DNA of 63,675 bases, filler included, from Salisapilia sapeloensis CBS 127946 (GCA_023334545.1; 5 parts of 5 records of this genome joined end to end with filler, not necessarily neighbours in it), one strand, 5' to 3'. Numbered from the whole stretch's first letter, positions 11,084-22,298 are shown. Notes: a model not told the origin generated them from the sequence alone. Program-made: numbers and translations.

Positions 11084-12606
11084 TTACGACTCTTCTTCCT
11101 CTTCTTCTGAGTCACTAGATGCTTCGGACGAGCTATCACTATCTTCCTCCACCTCTCCTTTCACTTTCTTCTCCATTTCTTCTAGCGCCCATCCAGTGCT
11201 CTCCTTGGTGAAGCGAGAGATAGCATCTCTCAACTCCTTTGCGACTTGCAGAAAGCGATCTTCTTCCAGACACTGGACCCAGACACAATAGTCTTGGATG
11301 TAAAGTGTGTTTAGCAGATACTGCGTCTCGGACTTTTCAACGATACGATACAAATCTAAGAGTACACGTAGCACCATTCGTTTCCCACGTTCCAAGATGG
11401 CGAGTGTTTCATCCAATACACGTCTGGCCAGATCGAACTGACGTAAGAGAGGGAAGGAGATCATGCGACGGACACCGGATCGAACGACATCATCTAGATT
11501 TGCCGTCGAGTCCAGCCATGAGAGAGTTGGACTGACGATACTAGCTGTCCATGTAGACTCGATGTTACTTTCTCCTTGTGTTGTCAAGTGGTCGTACGTG
11601 TATCCGATGAGGATGTCGACGAGTCCTCCGAGTAGAACAGCTTCTTCTCTACTTCCTTTCTCGATTAAATATTCTTTTCGAGGAAGACGTAGGAGAAGTT
11701 CTTGGTCGTCTTCTGAAAATAAGTCGGTGGACTCTTTGGCGGTGTCTTGTATCTGCAGTGTCTGTAGCTGTTCGCTCAAGCCTTTCGTCCGAACGACGGG
11801 GTATTTCGTCCAAAACGGCGTGTACTCCATGGCCATGGTAAAGTACGGATCTTCATCCTGACCCATGTAATCCATCAAGTAGTGTTCAATGTCGAATTGC
11901 TCTTCTTCCGCCGCCTGACGCAATCTTCGTCGTTCATCCTGATGCAGATTATCTGGATCCGGGTTGGAAACAATCTCGGAAACTGCGCCGTGCCAAGCAC
12001 GGAAGAATTCAGAGTAGGCGTTGTTGAAACCGTAGGACGGTTTCAAGTCCGTCACGTGAATCGAGTCGGTCTTATGGTCTTCATACAGTGTCTGCTTTTG
12101 CTCTAGATTTAGTAGACTGTCATCCGTCTGTGGCTTTGTTGCTGTTTCTTCTGTAAATGTTGATTCCTTGTCTCCATCCTGTGACGTCGGTGAAGAGATG
12201 ACTTCAATGAGCGAACTCTTCGGTTCTGGTGTCGCCAATGGGTTTGGACGTGGTTGGATTAGAAGCTTGGTGAGCATGTCGAGGTCTTCGAAGTGCTGGC
12301 CAGGCATCTCCTTTGGCAAGTGAACTGTGATGGTGCCATTCTCCTACTTGATATGTGAGTCGTGCTAGTCGTAGATAATGTGATGCATGACGATTTTACC
12401 TTGTTCGGGTCATAGACTGCTTTGGCATTGTCGTCATCGACTACGGCGTGAGGGAACTCGAGCTTAAGCAAGTACGGTTTGCAGTAGAACATAAAGTGGG
12501 AGCCATCAACAGTGAACTCCATGTCCGAGACACGGACGTACGGCACGTGCACATGGACGTAGACAAAGTTCTCATCTTGCGAGACGTTAAATCGAGGCGT
12601 GGACAT
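11084..12606 (-). CDS. SHQ1: H/ACA snoRNP assembly chaperone SHQ1
   Basis: N-terminal CS domain MSTPRFNVSQDENFVYVHVHVPYVR...FYCKPYLLKL; in-frame intron 12399-12344; then HFEDLDMLTKLL, YGFNNAYS, ESNIESTWT, LLNTLYIQDYCVW and GWALEEME. Confidence 0.92.
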
Positions 12607-13138
12607 TTTGAAAATGCTTCTAGACCAGTAAGGAGCAGCCAATGAACGGAGGATGCATATCAGATGCAACCAATGAACCGTCTGACAATGGCGGGAAACG
12701 TGCGACCCCATTGGCGATATTAGCAGCATGCTCGTGCGTGTGTGACCTGGCTTTACGCGTCTGTTTTCTATCCACTGTGGGGAGAGAATAAGCAGCGACT
12801 GATAAGCGGAAGAAAACGGTGCCAGTTACACTGCCATCTTCTGCGAAAGCACAGCGTGGGCTCACAACGATGGGATCTTTCCCTTGAGCGCCACTTTCGC
12901 ATATTTCTTCATATCTTTATGTCCGGGATCCAGCACAATCCTTGAAGCTACGCAGAAGAAGCGACCACAGATCACGCTTCGACTTTGTATCTTCAGCAGT
13001 CACCCGACTGTCTTTTTCTTGCAATTCTCGAAAGAAGTTCGAGCTGTAACGGTTGCTAGAACACAACTCGTTCGATTCCTATCTGTTCATTTTTCAATCC
13101 GACCTCGAGCACTCAAGCGCAACTTTTCTCTACGTATT

Positions 13139-13981
13139 ATGGACCCGATCACCGTCAAACTTTCCTGCGGACAAGAAGTTCATCGTCTCTCGGTCTCGAG
13201 CGATGAACTGAACATGAACTGGTTTGTCCGCCAAGTCAATGACCTCTTCAACCCGGGTTCCGCACGCCTGAACTCGTGGGTACTCTTGTACACGGACGAT
13301 GAAGGCGAAGAAATCACGGTCAGCATGGAGCACGAGATCGAGGAAGCGTGCCGCGTCCAGTACCGGATGAACGAAAATTCGAATGCGCCGCTCCGATTCC
13401 GCGTCGGGACGCCCCGTCCCACTTGGTCGGCCAGTCAGTTCAGCATGGAACCACTGATTCACGCGATGCAAGAGCTTTCTGCACGCGTCTCTCGCCTTGC
13501 AGAGAACACTCGGGACAGCTTCCGTTCCAGCGTTTATGTGGAACGTGGCCGTGAGTCACTTGCTGCTTCGTCTGTCCAAACTCGTCGCGCATTTACGAAC
13601 GCAGGTGCGCGTCTTCGTCAAGCGAGCTCTGTCGTTGCAGGTGAGATCTCGGGCCTCCGTCGTCGCACACGCAATGGATCTCGGGACGGCTCAGTGGATG
13701 AAAAGGAGTCGTTCTTGGGCGACAAGAGTGGTGCGACGGAATCAGAGGATGAGACGTGGGAAAAGCTGGGTGCTGCACCTGCCCATGCGGAATCCAAACC
13801 GGCTGAGACTGTCGAAGCCAAAGACCAGGTTGAAGAAGACACTGCGAGCGATGATTTGAACGTCCAGATTGGCACGATCCGCGCCATTGCCCCGGATGTC
13901 GAAGTCGCTCGTTGCCGTGAACTTCTTGAAAAGCACAATGGCAATGTGGAAGCCGTCCTTGTCGAATTGACGGACAAGTAA
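13139..13981 (+). CDS. PB1-LIR-UBA protein, p62/SQSTM1-NBR1-like selective autophagy receptor candidate (280 aa)
   Basis: PB1 with beta1 Lys (VKLSCG) and acidic OPCA motif YTDDEGEEITV; LIR-like ESEDETWEKL; C-terminal UBA/CUE-like CRELLEKHNGNVEAVLVEL. Start taken at ATG 13139, not the TTG at 12884. Confidence 0.78.
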   Translation: MDPITVKLSCGQEVHRLSVSSDELNMNWFVRQVNDLFNPGSARLNSWVLLYTDDEGEEITVSMEHEIEEACRVQYRMNENSNAPLRFRVGTPRPTWSASQFSMEPLIHAMQELSARVSRLAENTRDSFRSSVYVERGRESLAASSVQTRRAFTNAGARLRQASSVVAGEISGLRRRTRNGSRDGSVDEKESFLGDKSGATESEDETWEKLGAAPAHAESKPAETVEAKDQVEEDTASDDLNVQIGTIRAIAPDVEVARCRELLEKHNGNVEAVLVELTDK

Positions 13982-15094
13982 TCGACGGTATTTTATTGGT
14001 GACGACGCCGAGCGTCATCGCTTATTTCGACCTCGGCACTCTTTTCCATACTGTGTGATGTGTTCTCTTCGCTTTTTAGCACGAGCTTTGTGACGATAAG
14101 GAAGGAGCAAACTTGCAAATAGCAAGAAACACGATGTCCAATTCAATTCATTATGTCTTCGATCGATTTTACAGTATATCCCCATGATTGCTTCTACTGG
14201 TGTATCAGTGGCATGGTGAATCTTCACGACCATCTTAGGCAATCGAGTTTATTTCTCGAGCCTCCATTTTACTCACGGTATTCGGAGTAATGTGTCCGTT
14301 GGGCAGACGAGACGTACAACTGTCTGGATGTCCTACCTGTAATGCCTAAAACATCACTTTGCTCCTAGATATTCCGTGCACGTTATGGATGATAACACAA
14401 ATGAGAAATACAAGCGCTGCATGCTACTATAGCTATCATGGACTTGCTTGTTGTAGAAGTACTTGAGCGTAGCGAGAAGAATCCTTTTATCGATCTTGAC
14501 ACTTGATTTATTCGTCCTATTGCAACCGCCAAGCGTTACCAGTAACCCAGCAAAATTTAAATGACAAAACATGAAAATTTGGCATCATGAGCCGATTAGA
14601 GAGTCGTACTCTTTTGTATTCTTCACTTTCTACGTGGATGCATACGTGGCTGGGTACCACCTCTCCGTGCAAAGTCATGTTAACATGACGCATGATTTAT
14701 ATGAAAATTTATCATCGTATCCGCATCACTCCACTTGTGCTAGCTATCGATCTTATTTCTAGTTCACATTGGATATGCTATTTCCGATGATGCATGCCTC
14801 TAGGGTGATATATTCGAATCAATTTCGGCTTAAGACCACAGAGATGCCGCTTTTAACGTGCACGGTTGATTGCGTGTTACATTGCATGCATGACGCACGC
14901 ACTCCCACTCTTCAATAGAGCTTTAATCAGAGAAACTTGCAATACTTCAAGTGAAGAAACAATTGATTTCTTATCTACTTTGTCGTTCCTCGACATTCTA
15001 TCGCATTAAAAGGTCTTTGTTATGATCTGTCCTCTTTTAGCTCTGCAACATGACACTGATGCCCTGCAACCACTGCAAAGCTCATGGTAAGTCC

Positions 15095-18072
15095 TTAACG
15101 TATAGACGCCTTGGATGTCAAGTTAGACGTCTGCTTTGCGCCCAGCACTGCTTGCTTGGGCACAGACATTGATCCATGTGGAGCTCCATTCCGAGTAGGT
15201 AGTGGAGACACAGCTGGAGAACCAGACATACTTTGAGGTGAGTTCCCACTGACAGCTACATTTTGCTTTGCTGATCCAAGCGCGACATTTCGGCATCTCG
15301 AGGCAAAATTGAGTGAACAGAGTGTCTCCCATGCATTCCATTGTACAGGACTAATGTTCACAAACATAAGCGCTTTTGAGCCTCCACTAAGCGAGTCTTG
15401 AAGCAGGAATGTCAGCTTTGAGTTCCGGTAAGGCACATGCTTACTACCGGACGCAAGTGCAGCAATCACGTCCCCAAGCGCTGAAAGAGACCTGTTGATG
15501 TTCTGGGCTTCTTTCAACCGTTGCCCAGTAGCAGCAGTCTTCCCCACTCTTTCCGATCCTGCTAAATCAATCAGGTGGAGCTTTGACGAACGAATACGAC
15601 CGTCGTTGGAACTCTTTGTCTCAATTTTGATGGAAACGACAAGATGCGAACGACTGGAGTGCTCATTTACATCGTGAGCACCGACACTGCGGTGCGAGTG
15701 ACCGAGTTTCATCAAATGTACGACGTCATCTTGGCAGTGGACATCCATCTCGGACAAATTCTCAGCGTAGACCCCTGCTTTACCTAAACGCAATTCCAGA
15801 CCAACTTTAGCACCTGTCTTGGTAGGTGATCCGTACGCAGACATATCCTGCAGTAGGTCCACAATCGTTTCGTTATATACTTCTAGAATACTTAGTTTCA
15901 TAGAGCATTCAAAGTTCCCTGATGTGGCACGTTCATCTCGAATAGCAAACAGCTCTTGCAGAGCGCGATAGTTCACACCTCGATCTGTTGCTGTTCCTTC
16001 CATCGTATGCGTCTTACCACTACCTGTTTGTCCGTACGCGAATATACAGACGCTACAAGGATCCGTGAGAATGAGTAACTGCAAGAGATTTTACAGACTA
16101 AGTAAAGCGTACTTGTATCCGTCTAAAGCACTGACGACTAGCTGACGTGTTTGCTCAAAGACATCCGATTGAGAGCTTTCTGGCTGGAACACATGATCGA
16201 ACTCGAACGTGTGCTTTTGACCAGTTCCTTTGTCCGTATCACCATTCACAAGTAACTCCAGACTTTGCATGTCTTCACCTGGAAAGAAGACAGCAGTACT
16301 GTCCTGGTTGCTAGCTTTCTCCGGTGGTTGTATTGGACGCACACGGCAGAAGACTCGAATATTGCCTTGTAGCTCCATCAGACGGTTGTGTAGTTTTCGT
16401 CGACTGTCGACTTCCTTCGAATAGAGCTCAGACAATCTTGCTGTCTCCGCTTTGGCCTTTGCTATCTCCTTCGCAGCCTATGGATACACATTAGTGGCAG
16501 AGCACGTACAACTTTACCTGTGGAAACTTGGATAGCACGTACCTCTTGTTGAGCAAGAGCTCTTCCTTCTTCCTTCGCACGGACAATAAGCTGCTCTTGC
16601 TTACTTATAGTCTCATTCATTTTCTTGAGCTCTTCTTTGCTCTGAAGAACCTCGTGCTCCAATTGTTCCACTCGTTCCGTAATCGCTTTCTTCTCCTTCT
16701 CTCGATTTCGTAGTTCCTGCGCTAGAGCCTGTCCACGAGTCTTCATGTCTGTCAGTTGAACTGTCATTGCTTCTTTCTGCTTTGTAGCGGCTTCTTCCAC
16801 TTCGTTCTTTTCAGCTTTGATTTGGTCTAGTGCCTTCTTCATTTCCAAAACTCGCTGCTTTTCCTGTTCTAGTCCAGCCGTTTGGGCACTTTGCGTCTCG
16901 TTTTTATAGTCGTCCAAACTCTGCTTTGCTTCCCTTAACTCTTGTTGGTAGCTATCCAACTTTTGTTGTAAATTTCCATTCGCCTCTTTCTCTTCCATGA
17001 GCTTTTTGTCTTTGCTCGCAAGTTCGTCTTGTAGTTCTTTTACCTGGGACTCGTTGCTTGTTTGATCGGCTGTAGAATGCTTTAAGTCCGCTCGTAATGT
17101 CTGAATTTGTTGCTGGGAAGCGCGGAGGTCGTTAATCAGCTTGTCTCGTTGGACCTTCATGGCGTCCAACTCAATCGACGACGACGCGAATCCTTCCTTA
17201 GATTCGGCTTTGTTTTCGTCTGCATCCGTTCGAGCTTCCAATTCATTTCGAGCTCGAATAAGTGCCTTCTTCATCTTTTTATTTGCCTCGCGACCGTCAT
17301 TTTCTTTCTTCAACGCATCCGTGAGCTGCTCCGACAATGACCTCAAGTCTTCTTCCATTTGTTCTTTTTCATCTCGAAGGCTGTCAATAGTAGCTTTCTC
17401 TTTTCCTAGCTGTGCTTTTAAAGTTTCCACTTCCTCTGTAAGCTCTTGTACAACTGCATCATGATTGTCTTGTTCTTTCGGTTCCTGGATATGCCCAGCT
17501 TGTGTCATAGATGAGCTTGCCCACGTTACTCGACGATGGTTTTGACTCGATGGAAACGATGATACATCATGAGCATTACTTTCCAACTTCTTACGTCGTA
17601 GGTTTTGGAATAACTGTCGAAATTGGTCATCCGAAGGATGTTCCCATCGACTCTCACCGGTAACCTCGTTATAGTAGTATGGCTGCTCAGTTTCATCTTC
17701 CGCAATATGGTACCATCCGTCCGGAAGCGGTGCTACGAGAGACTCGCGAGCAATCCACAGGTACTCAGCATCATTAATAGGGTCGATGCCTAACCGAAGT
17801 GCGTGCTCTTCGACGCCAGCCTGAAACAGCTCAGGGTCCGCTGCTTCCATGCGAGCAGACTCCTCTCCAGAGGCTAAAGGTACCTGAAGGTCGTACTCTT
17901 CAAAGTTATCGTATTGTTCAAAATATTCAAAACCGAGTGAATTCGTAGCTGCTTTCGCTTCCTGATCATAGGATGCAGTATCTGGAGATACCACGGAAGC
18001 CTTCACTTCCTCCTCTTCATCCGAATCACTTCCTTCGAATGCCAAACTCAATAGATTATTGCTCTCCGCCAT
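15095..18072 (-). CDS. Kinesin-14 (C-terminal motor) with N-terminal CEP164-type WW module and coiled-coil stalk (950 aa, 3 exons)
   Basis: Exons 18072-16543, 16477-16113 and 16052-15095 splice in frame (total 2853 nt). Kinesin-14 neck RRKLHNRLMELQGNIRVFCRVRP, P-loop GQTGSGKT, switch motifs SSRSH and DLAGSE, and HVPYRNSKLTFLL. Confidence 0.9.
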
Positions 18073-18260
18073 TCTACTTGCAATTTATTGTTTCAAGCGA
18101 CGCATGGACACTTGGGCATAACGGACAAAAAGGTCGATCCACCATCTCCAGTTTATCCAACCTTTCAAGATAGTGTACCTGCCTTATCGAAAATCCGTGG
18201 GCAGGATTTCCAGCTCTAGTGGGTGAAGAGCTCATTTATTGATATACTTCGTCACTAGAA

Positions 18261-19667
18261 ATGGTGTCTTTGCATACCATCATATATGCCTGCTTGGCGA
18301 TACTATCGACATGGCCTGTCCAAGGTGCCAGTATTCATGTAAAGATTCATGAGAGTCCTCACAAGGCGAAGGAGTCCGTGGAGTCTAAGCACCTCTACCA
18401 CATCAAAGGAGACAAGAGGGACATAGGAAATCTCTTGGCAAAGAAGACGAACGGTGTAGATGTATGGAATGTACAGGCACAAGACGATATGGCGGTGGTA
18501 GATGTCCACGCGACGAAGAAAGATGCAGAGAACCTTGTCCACTCTGTGCCAAGCCATGCCCACCACCATGCAAAGGGATATTCTCATGGACGTAAACATA
18601 AGCATGTGAAGCTATGGGAGGATGAAATGGATGAGGAAGAAGAGATCGCTCGAGACAGGAGAGAGGTAAAGGCATGTCTTGATGACCACGGAGAAGACTT
18701 TGTGGACGAGGTGCAGACCGAGGACTATAACTACACCGCCTCGTCCTACTTTGAATGTTTCCGTCCTTATGACCAGACCTATCATTTCTTCGATACGCTC
18801 GCAGAAGCGAATCCAGACCTCATGACAAAAGAGCCGAACATTTCCACGACATACGAAGGCAGGCCGATCCATGCCTATCGAATCAGCATTTCGACCGAAA
18901 AGAAGAAGTCTCTTTACATCCAAGCGCTAATTCATCCTCGCGAGTGGCAAGCAGGTGCATCTACGGCATTTGCAACTGCTTCACTAGTAATGAACTGGAA
19001 GCATGGGGAACAAGACGCTGTCAAGGCACTAGAGGAGTTTGACTGGTACATCGTTCCGATCGTCAATGTCGACGGATACATTTACTCGTGGGAAAAGGAT
19101 CGACTATGGCGTACGAACAGAGACATGGAAGGCACGTTAAATTCCGGAGAGCATGTCGGTGTGGATCTGAATCGGAATTTCGGCCCGGATGAATTTTATG
19201 AGGAGAATATTAAGCATGCCGACGATGAGACGTACCCTGGTGAGCATCCTCTGAGCGAACCTTCCTCTGAAGGCATTATGGAATACCTTCGAGATGTACA
19301 TGAGCTCAGTGGAGTGATTGATATGCATAGCTTTGGTGGAGAAGTACTTCGTCCTTTTAGTGATCAAAGTGACGGGATGGACAAAGCGCATGAATCGAAA
19401 TTAAAGCATCTAGGAGATGCTGTTGCTAACGTCATGGGTTATGAGAGCAAGACAGGTGCAGACCTTTATCTTGCTTATGGGTGCTTTGACGATGGCGTAT
19501 CACATGAGTTTAACTTGACCGTTCCAGCGGTGACATTCGAGGTAGAAGGAGACTTTTTCACTGCGAAACAAAGCACGATCCGAGATGTCGGTGGAAACGT
19601 GTATCAAGGTTGGTTGCAGTTTGCAAAAGAAGCTTTGGACTATAAGAAGTTCATCGATAGCTTGTAG
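18261..19667 (+). CDS. Secreted M14 zinc metallocarboxypeptidase (prepro form)
   Basis: Signal peptide; Zn motif HPREW (HxxE), DLNRNF, DMHSFG and catalytic-Glu region AVTFEV. Confidence 0.9.
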   Translation: MVSLHTIIYACLAILSTWPVQGASIHVKIHESPHKAKESVESKHLYHIKGDKRDIGNLLAKKTNGVDVWNVQAQDDMAVVDVHATKKDAENLVHSVPSHAHHHAKGYSHGRKHKHVKLWEDEMDEEEEIARDRREVKACLDDHGEDFVDEVQTEDYNYTASSYFECFRPYDQTYHFFDTLAEANPDLMTKEPNISTTYEGRPIHAYRISISTEKKKSLYIQALIHPREWQAGASTAFATASLVMNWKHGEQDAVKALEEFDWYIVPIVNVDGYIYSWEKDRLWRTNRDMEGTLNSGEHVGVDLNRNFGPDEFYEENIKHADDETYPGEHPLSEPSSEGIMEYLRDVHELSGVIDMHSFGGEVLRPFSDQSDGMDKAHESKLKHLGDAVANVMGYESKTGADLYLAYGCFDDGVSHEFNLTVPAVTFEVEGDFFTAKQSTIRDVGGNVYQGWLQFAKEALDYKKFIDSL

Positions 19668-19821
19668 CACTTTAACAAGTTGACGTCCAGAGAAGACTTC
19701 ACTTTGTCGATAGGTTTCAAGATGGATAAGAGCGACATAAATATAGATGATTTCAACAATATTGGAGCAACAAATGAGTTCTTGAAATTTACCATTTTGC
19801 CGACTAATTCCAAGCAGCAAG

Positions 19822-21011
19822 ATGATGCGAGCGAAAATCATTTGCTCTAGTCCTGATGAATGGATTGATGAGCTTCCAGAAAGTCTACGTCATGAGTTTT
19901 CGATGGAAGAGTTGGAGCAAATGAAGCAACAGGTTGGATTCTAGTACGGCGATAAAGTGAATGACGTGACCGAAGTGATATGAGTTAGTTTCTGGACTTC
20001 GATACGAGTGGCGATGGAAGCATTGCGCCGGACGAGCTATTTGTTTTGATGAAGTCGATGGGTGTGGAGATTACTATAGACGAGGTATCTATGGTTATGA
20101 CGGAAGATGAGGCTATCCATATCATGTAAGCTCTGAGTAGATCCAGGAGCTTATTGATAGAGTGGACGACAATTACTCGGGCGAGTTGGAATATCCAGAA
20201 TTTGTTCGAGTAAGGAGGCATATACGAATAGCAGAGTCTGCTACTGAAATTTCGATAGCTTATAAGTGAGTTTCGACGTGGAAGTGGTGATAAGCTAGCC
20301 TACTTTATCCAGCATTCCAAGCTTGTGCTTTCCATTCGAATGGAACTGAAGGATTTAAATGAGCACCCGACTGCATACTGTTCAGTGGAAGGAGTCAAAG
20401 GTACGAAACGTGTACTACGATAGAAGGAAATGACGAAAATATACATATACTGTGTATAGAAAACGCTTGGGAATGGAACGGAAGGATCAATGGTCCTGTC
20501 GGAAGTCCGTATGAAGAAAAAACATATCGATTTCAGCTTCGGTAAGCCAAGTCGAAAGGCGATATAATTGTACCTCTGTCCTGTGTTGAAACTTTCATTA
20601 CAGCTTCTCGGAAGGATATCCGTACGAAGCGCCGGCTTTGACTTGGTTCACTCCGATCTATCACCCTAATTTCATTCCGGTAGGAAGCTTTTCTGTTTGA
20701 GTGATACCAATTTCCAGCATACTAAATTCTTGCTCAAATAGCTGTTAAACGGAAAGATGCAGATATACGGTCTACTTGGCAATTGGGAGTCTCACTGGCG
20801 TGCGAGGAATCTTTTGGATGCACTGGAAGCCCTTCTTAGTGAACCAAATGAAAATGCGATTGAAAAGTTCATACAGGAAACCGATCGTATGCGGCAATAT
20901 CAACCTCCTAACAGCTTATCCTTACTCAGCCGAGCATCTACAATGGAATGCATAGCTCTTTACCGCTCTCATCGAGATAAGTATATAAGTGTCGCGCAAA
21001 GCTTTGGCTAA
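19822..21011 (+). CDS. Two-EF-hand (calmodulin N-lobe-like) + ubiquitin E2-variant (UEV) fusion protein, at least 7 exons; start at 19822 or 19722
   Basis: Introns 19933-19988, 20085-20140, 20210-20258, 20401-20459, 20542-20603 and 20680-20741 (all GT-AG, 49-62 nt, phases compatible). They yield FLDFDTSGDGSIAPDEL...RVDDNYSGELEYPEF followed by the UBC fold GPVGSPYEE...YPYEAP...IYHPNF. Confidence 0.85.
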
Positions 21012-21472
21012 CACGACTGCTATCCAAAAGACCAACAATAATACAGTAACATACTGAGCCGCACTGCGTTTCGTCTACACACGATGAAGCGTTATCATTC
21101 AGACCTGTATTCGCGTTTTAGCAGTCATGTAAGAACTGTCGCTGCATACTGTGTGTCTTCGTCGTTACTAGAGCTATGGACTATGGACTATCAATGATCT
21201 CGAGACCGTGACTGCACACGCATGGCAATCTCGGACAGCGATCGAAGCTTCCACTACTCGATGTACCTTGAAAAGTCGTAGACATACTTCGATCTTTTTA
21301 AAGATGACGGAACGACTTGTAGACACTATAGACCAGTCCACTAGACACTTTTGAGCATTCTCTACTCATAGGTGCCAAAATTGGGAGTTTGAAAGACAAA
21401 AGTTTGGTCGTCGACTCGAGCTCGCTACCTTGGGTTTTGCGCTCGAGGATGTTGTGTTGGCGGCTTGGCTCT

Positions 21473-21572
21473 NNNNNNNNNNNNNNNNNNNNNNNNNNNN
21501 NNNNNNNNNNNNNNNNTTAATTAATTAANNNNNNNNNNNNNNNNNNNNNNNNNNNNNNNNNNNNNNNNNNNN
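21473..21572. other. Artificial contig-joining spacer (44 N + TTAATTAATTAA + 44 N)
   Basis: 12-mer with stops in all six frames centred in an N run; identical in four places. Confidence 0.97.
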
Positions 21573-22016
21573 CCCCAGATGCTGTGGAGCTCATCCAACG
21601 TACGTTGCTTTGTCTACCTTGTAGTGTGCATTTGGATACGACTTTAACGCTTTCGTGTAGAATTACTGATTCGAGACCCTACAAAGCGGCTCGGAGCCAA
21701 CGGTGCGGAAGAGATCAAGCAGATGCGGTTCTTCGACGCCATCGACTGGGGCAAGCTGGAGCGCATGGAGCTCGAGCCTCCGTTCGTGCCGGACAATGAG
21801 ATCAACGCGGCGCCCCAGGCCGACATCGGGTCCTTTGACACGGTGGGCATCAAGAGTATGAAGCTGTCGGAGGCAGACCAGGCCATGTACAACGACTGGG
21901 ACTACGTTTCCACGGAAGCGTTCCAGCGGGAGGCGGTGGAGTACCTCGAGTGGGAGGCCCAGCATGGTCCATACAACATCGGAAGAAGCTCGAACTCGTG
22001 CTGCGTGATACTATAG
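21573..22016 (+). CDS. 3' fragment of an AGC kinase with GRK-like C-tail and C-terminal CCVIL CaaX motif (5'-truncated by contig edge)
   Basis: Intron 21600-21660; LLIRDPTKRLG...FFDAIDWGKLERMELEPPFVPDNEINAAPQADIGSFD...SNSCCVIL*. Confidence 0.8.
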
Positions 22017-22298
22017 ACCCCCTAGGTGGTAAACAGACAAGAGTTGTGTTGACACGAACGACCGGGGCCGAGCGCAGTCGGACGAGTGGCCCGTTTTCGG
22101 CAGTCGCGTCGCACGCCTGTGCACCATCTGCTTCGGCCGTTGTCCAATCAGGACACAAATCGGAATCTGACTTGGCAAATGTATGTTCATTCAAAAATTA
22201 CGTGGTCTTCTTTTTTGCGGAACCTGACTTGGAAACTGTATGCCCATACCCACTGACAGAGGGACAGAAACGAGCGCACCTGCCAACCGCTTTACGCA

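Noticed and set aside
14674-14689. 16-bp palindrome GTCATGTTAACATGAC flanked by two ATGAAAATTT copies in a 1.1-kb intergenic region
   Set aside because: No TIR/TSD structure or second copy in the window; not enough to call a MITE or regulatory site.
21517-21528. TTAATTAATTAA palindromic repeat recurring four times (also 26838, 48369, 60518)
   Set aside because: Always centred in a 100-nt N block; it is a six-frame-stop assembly linker, not a biological repeat or CRISPR-like array.
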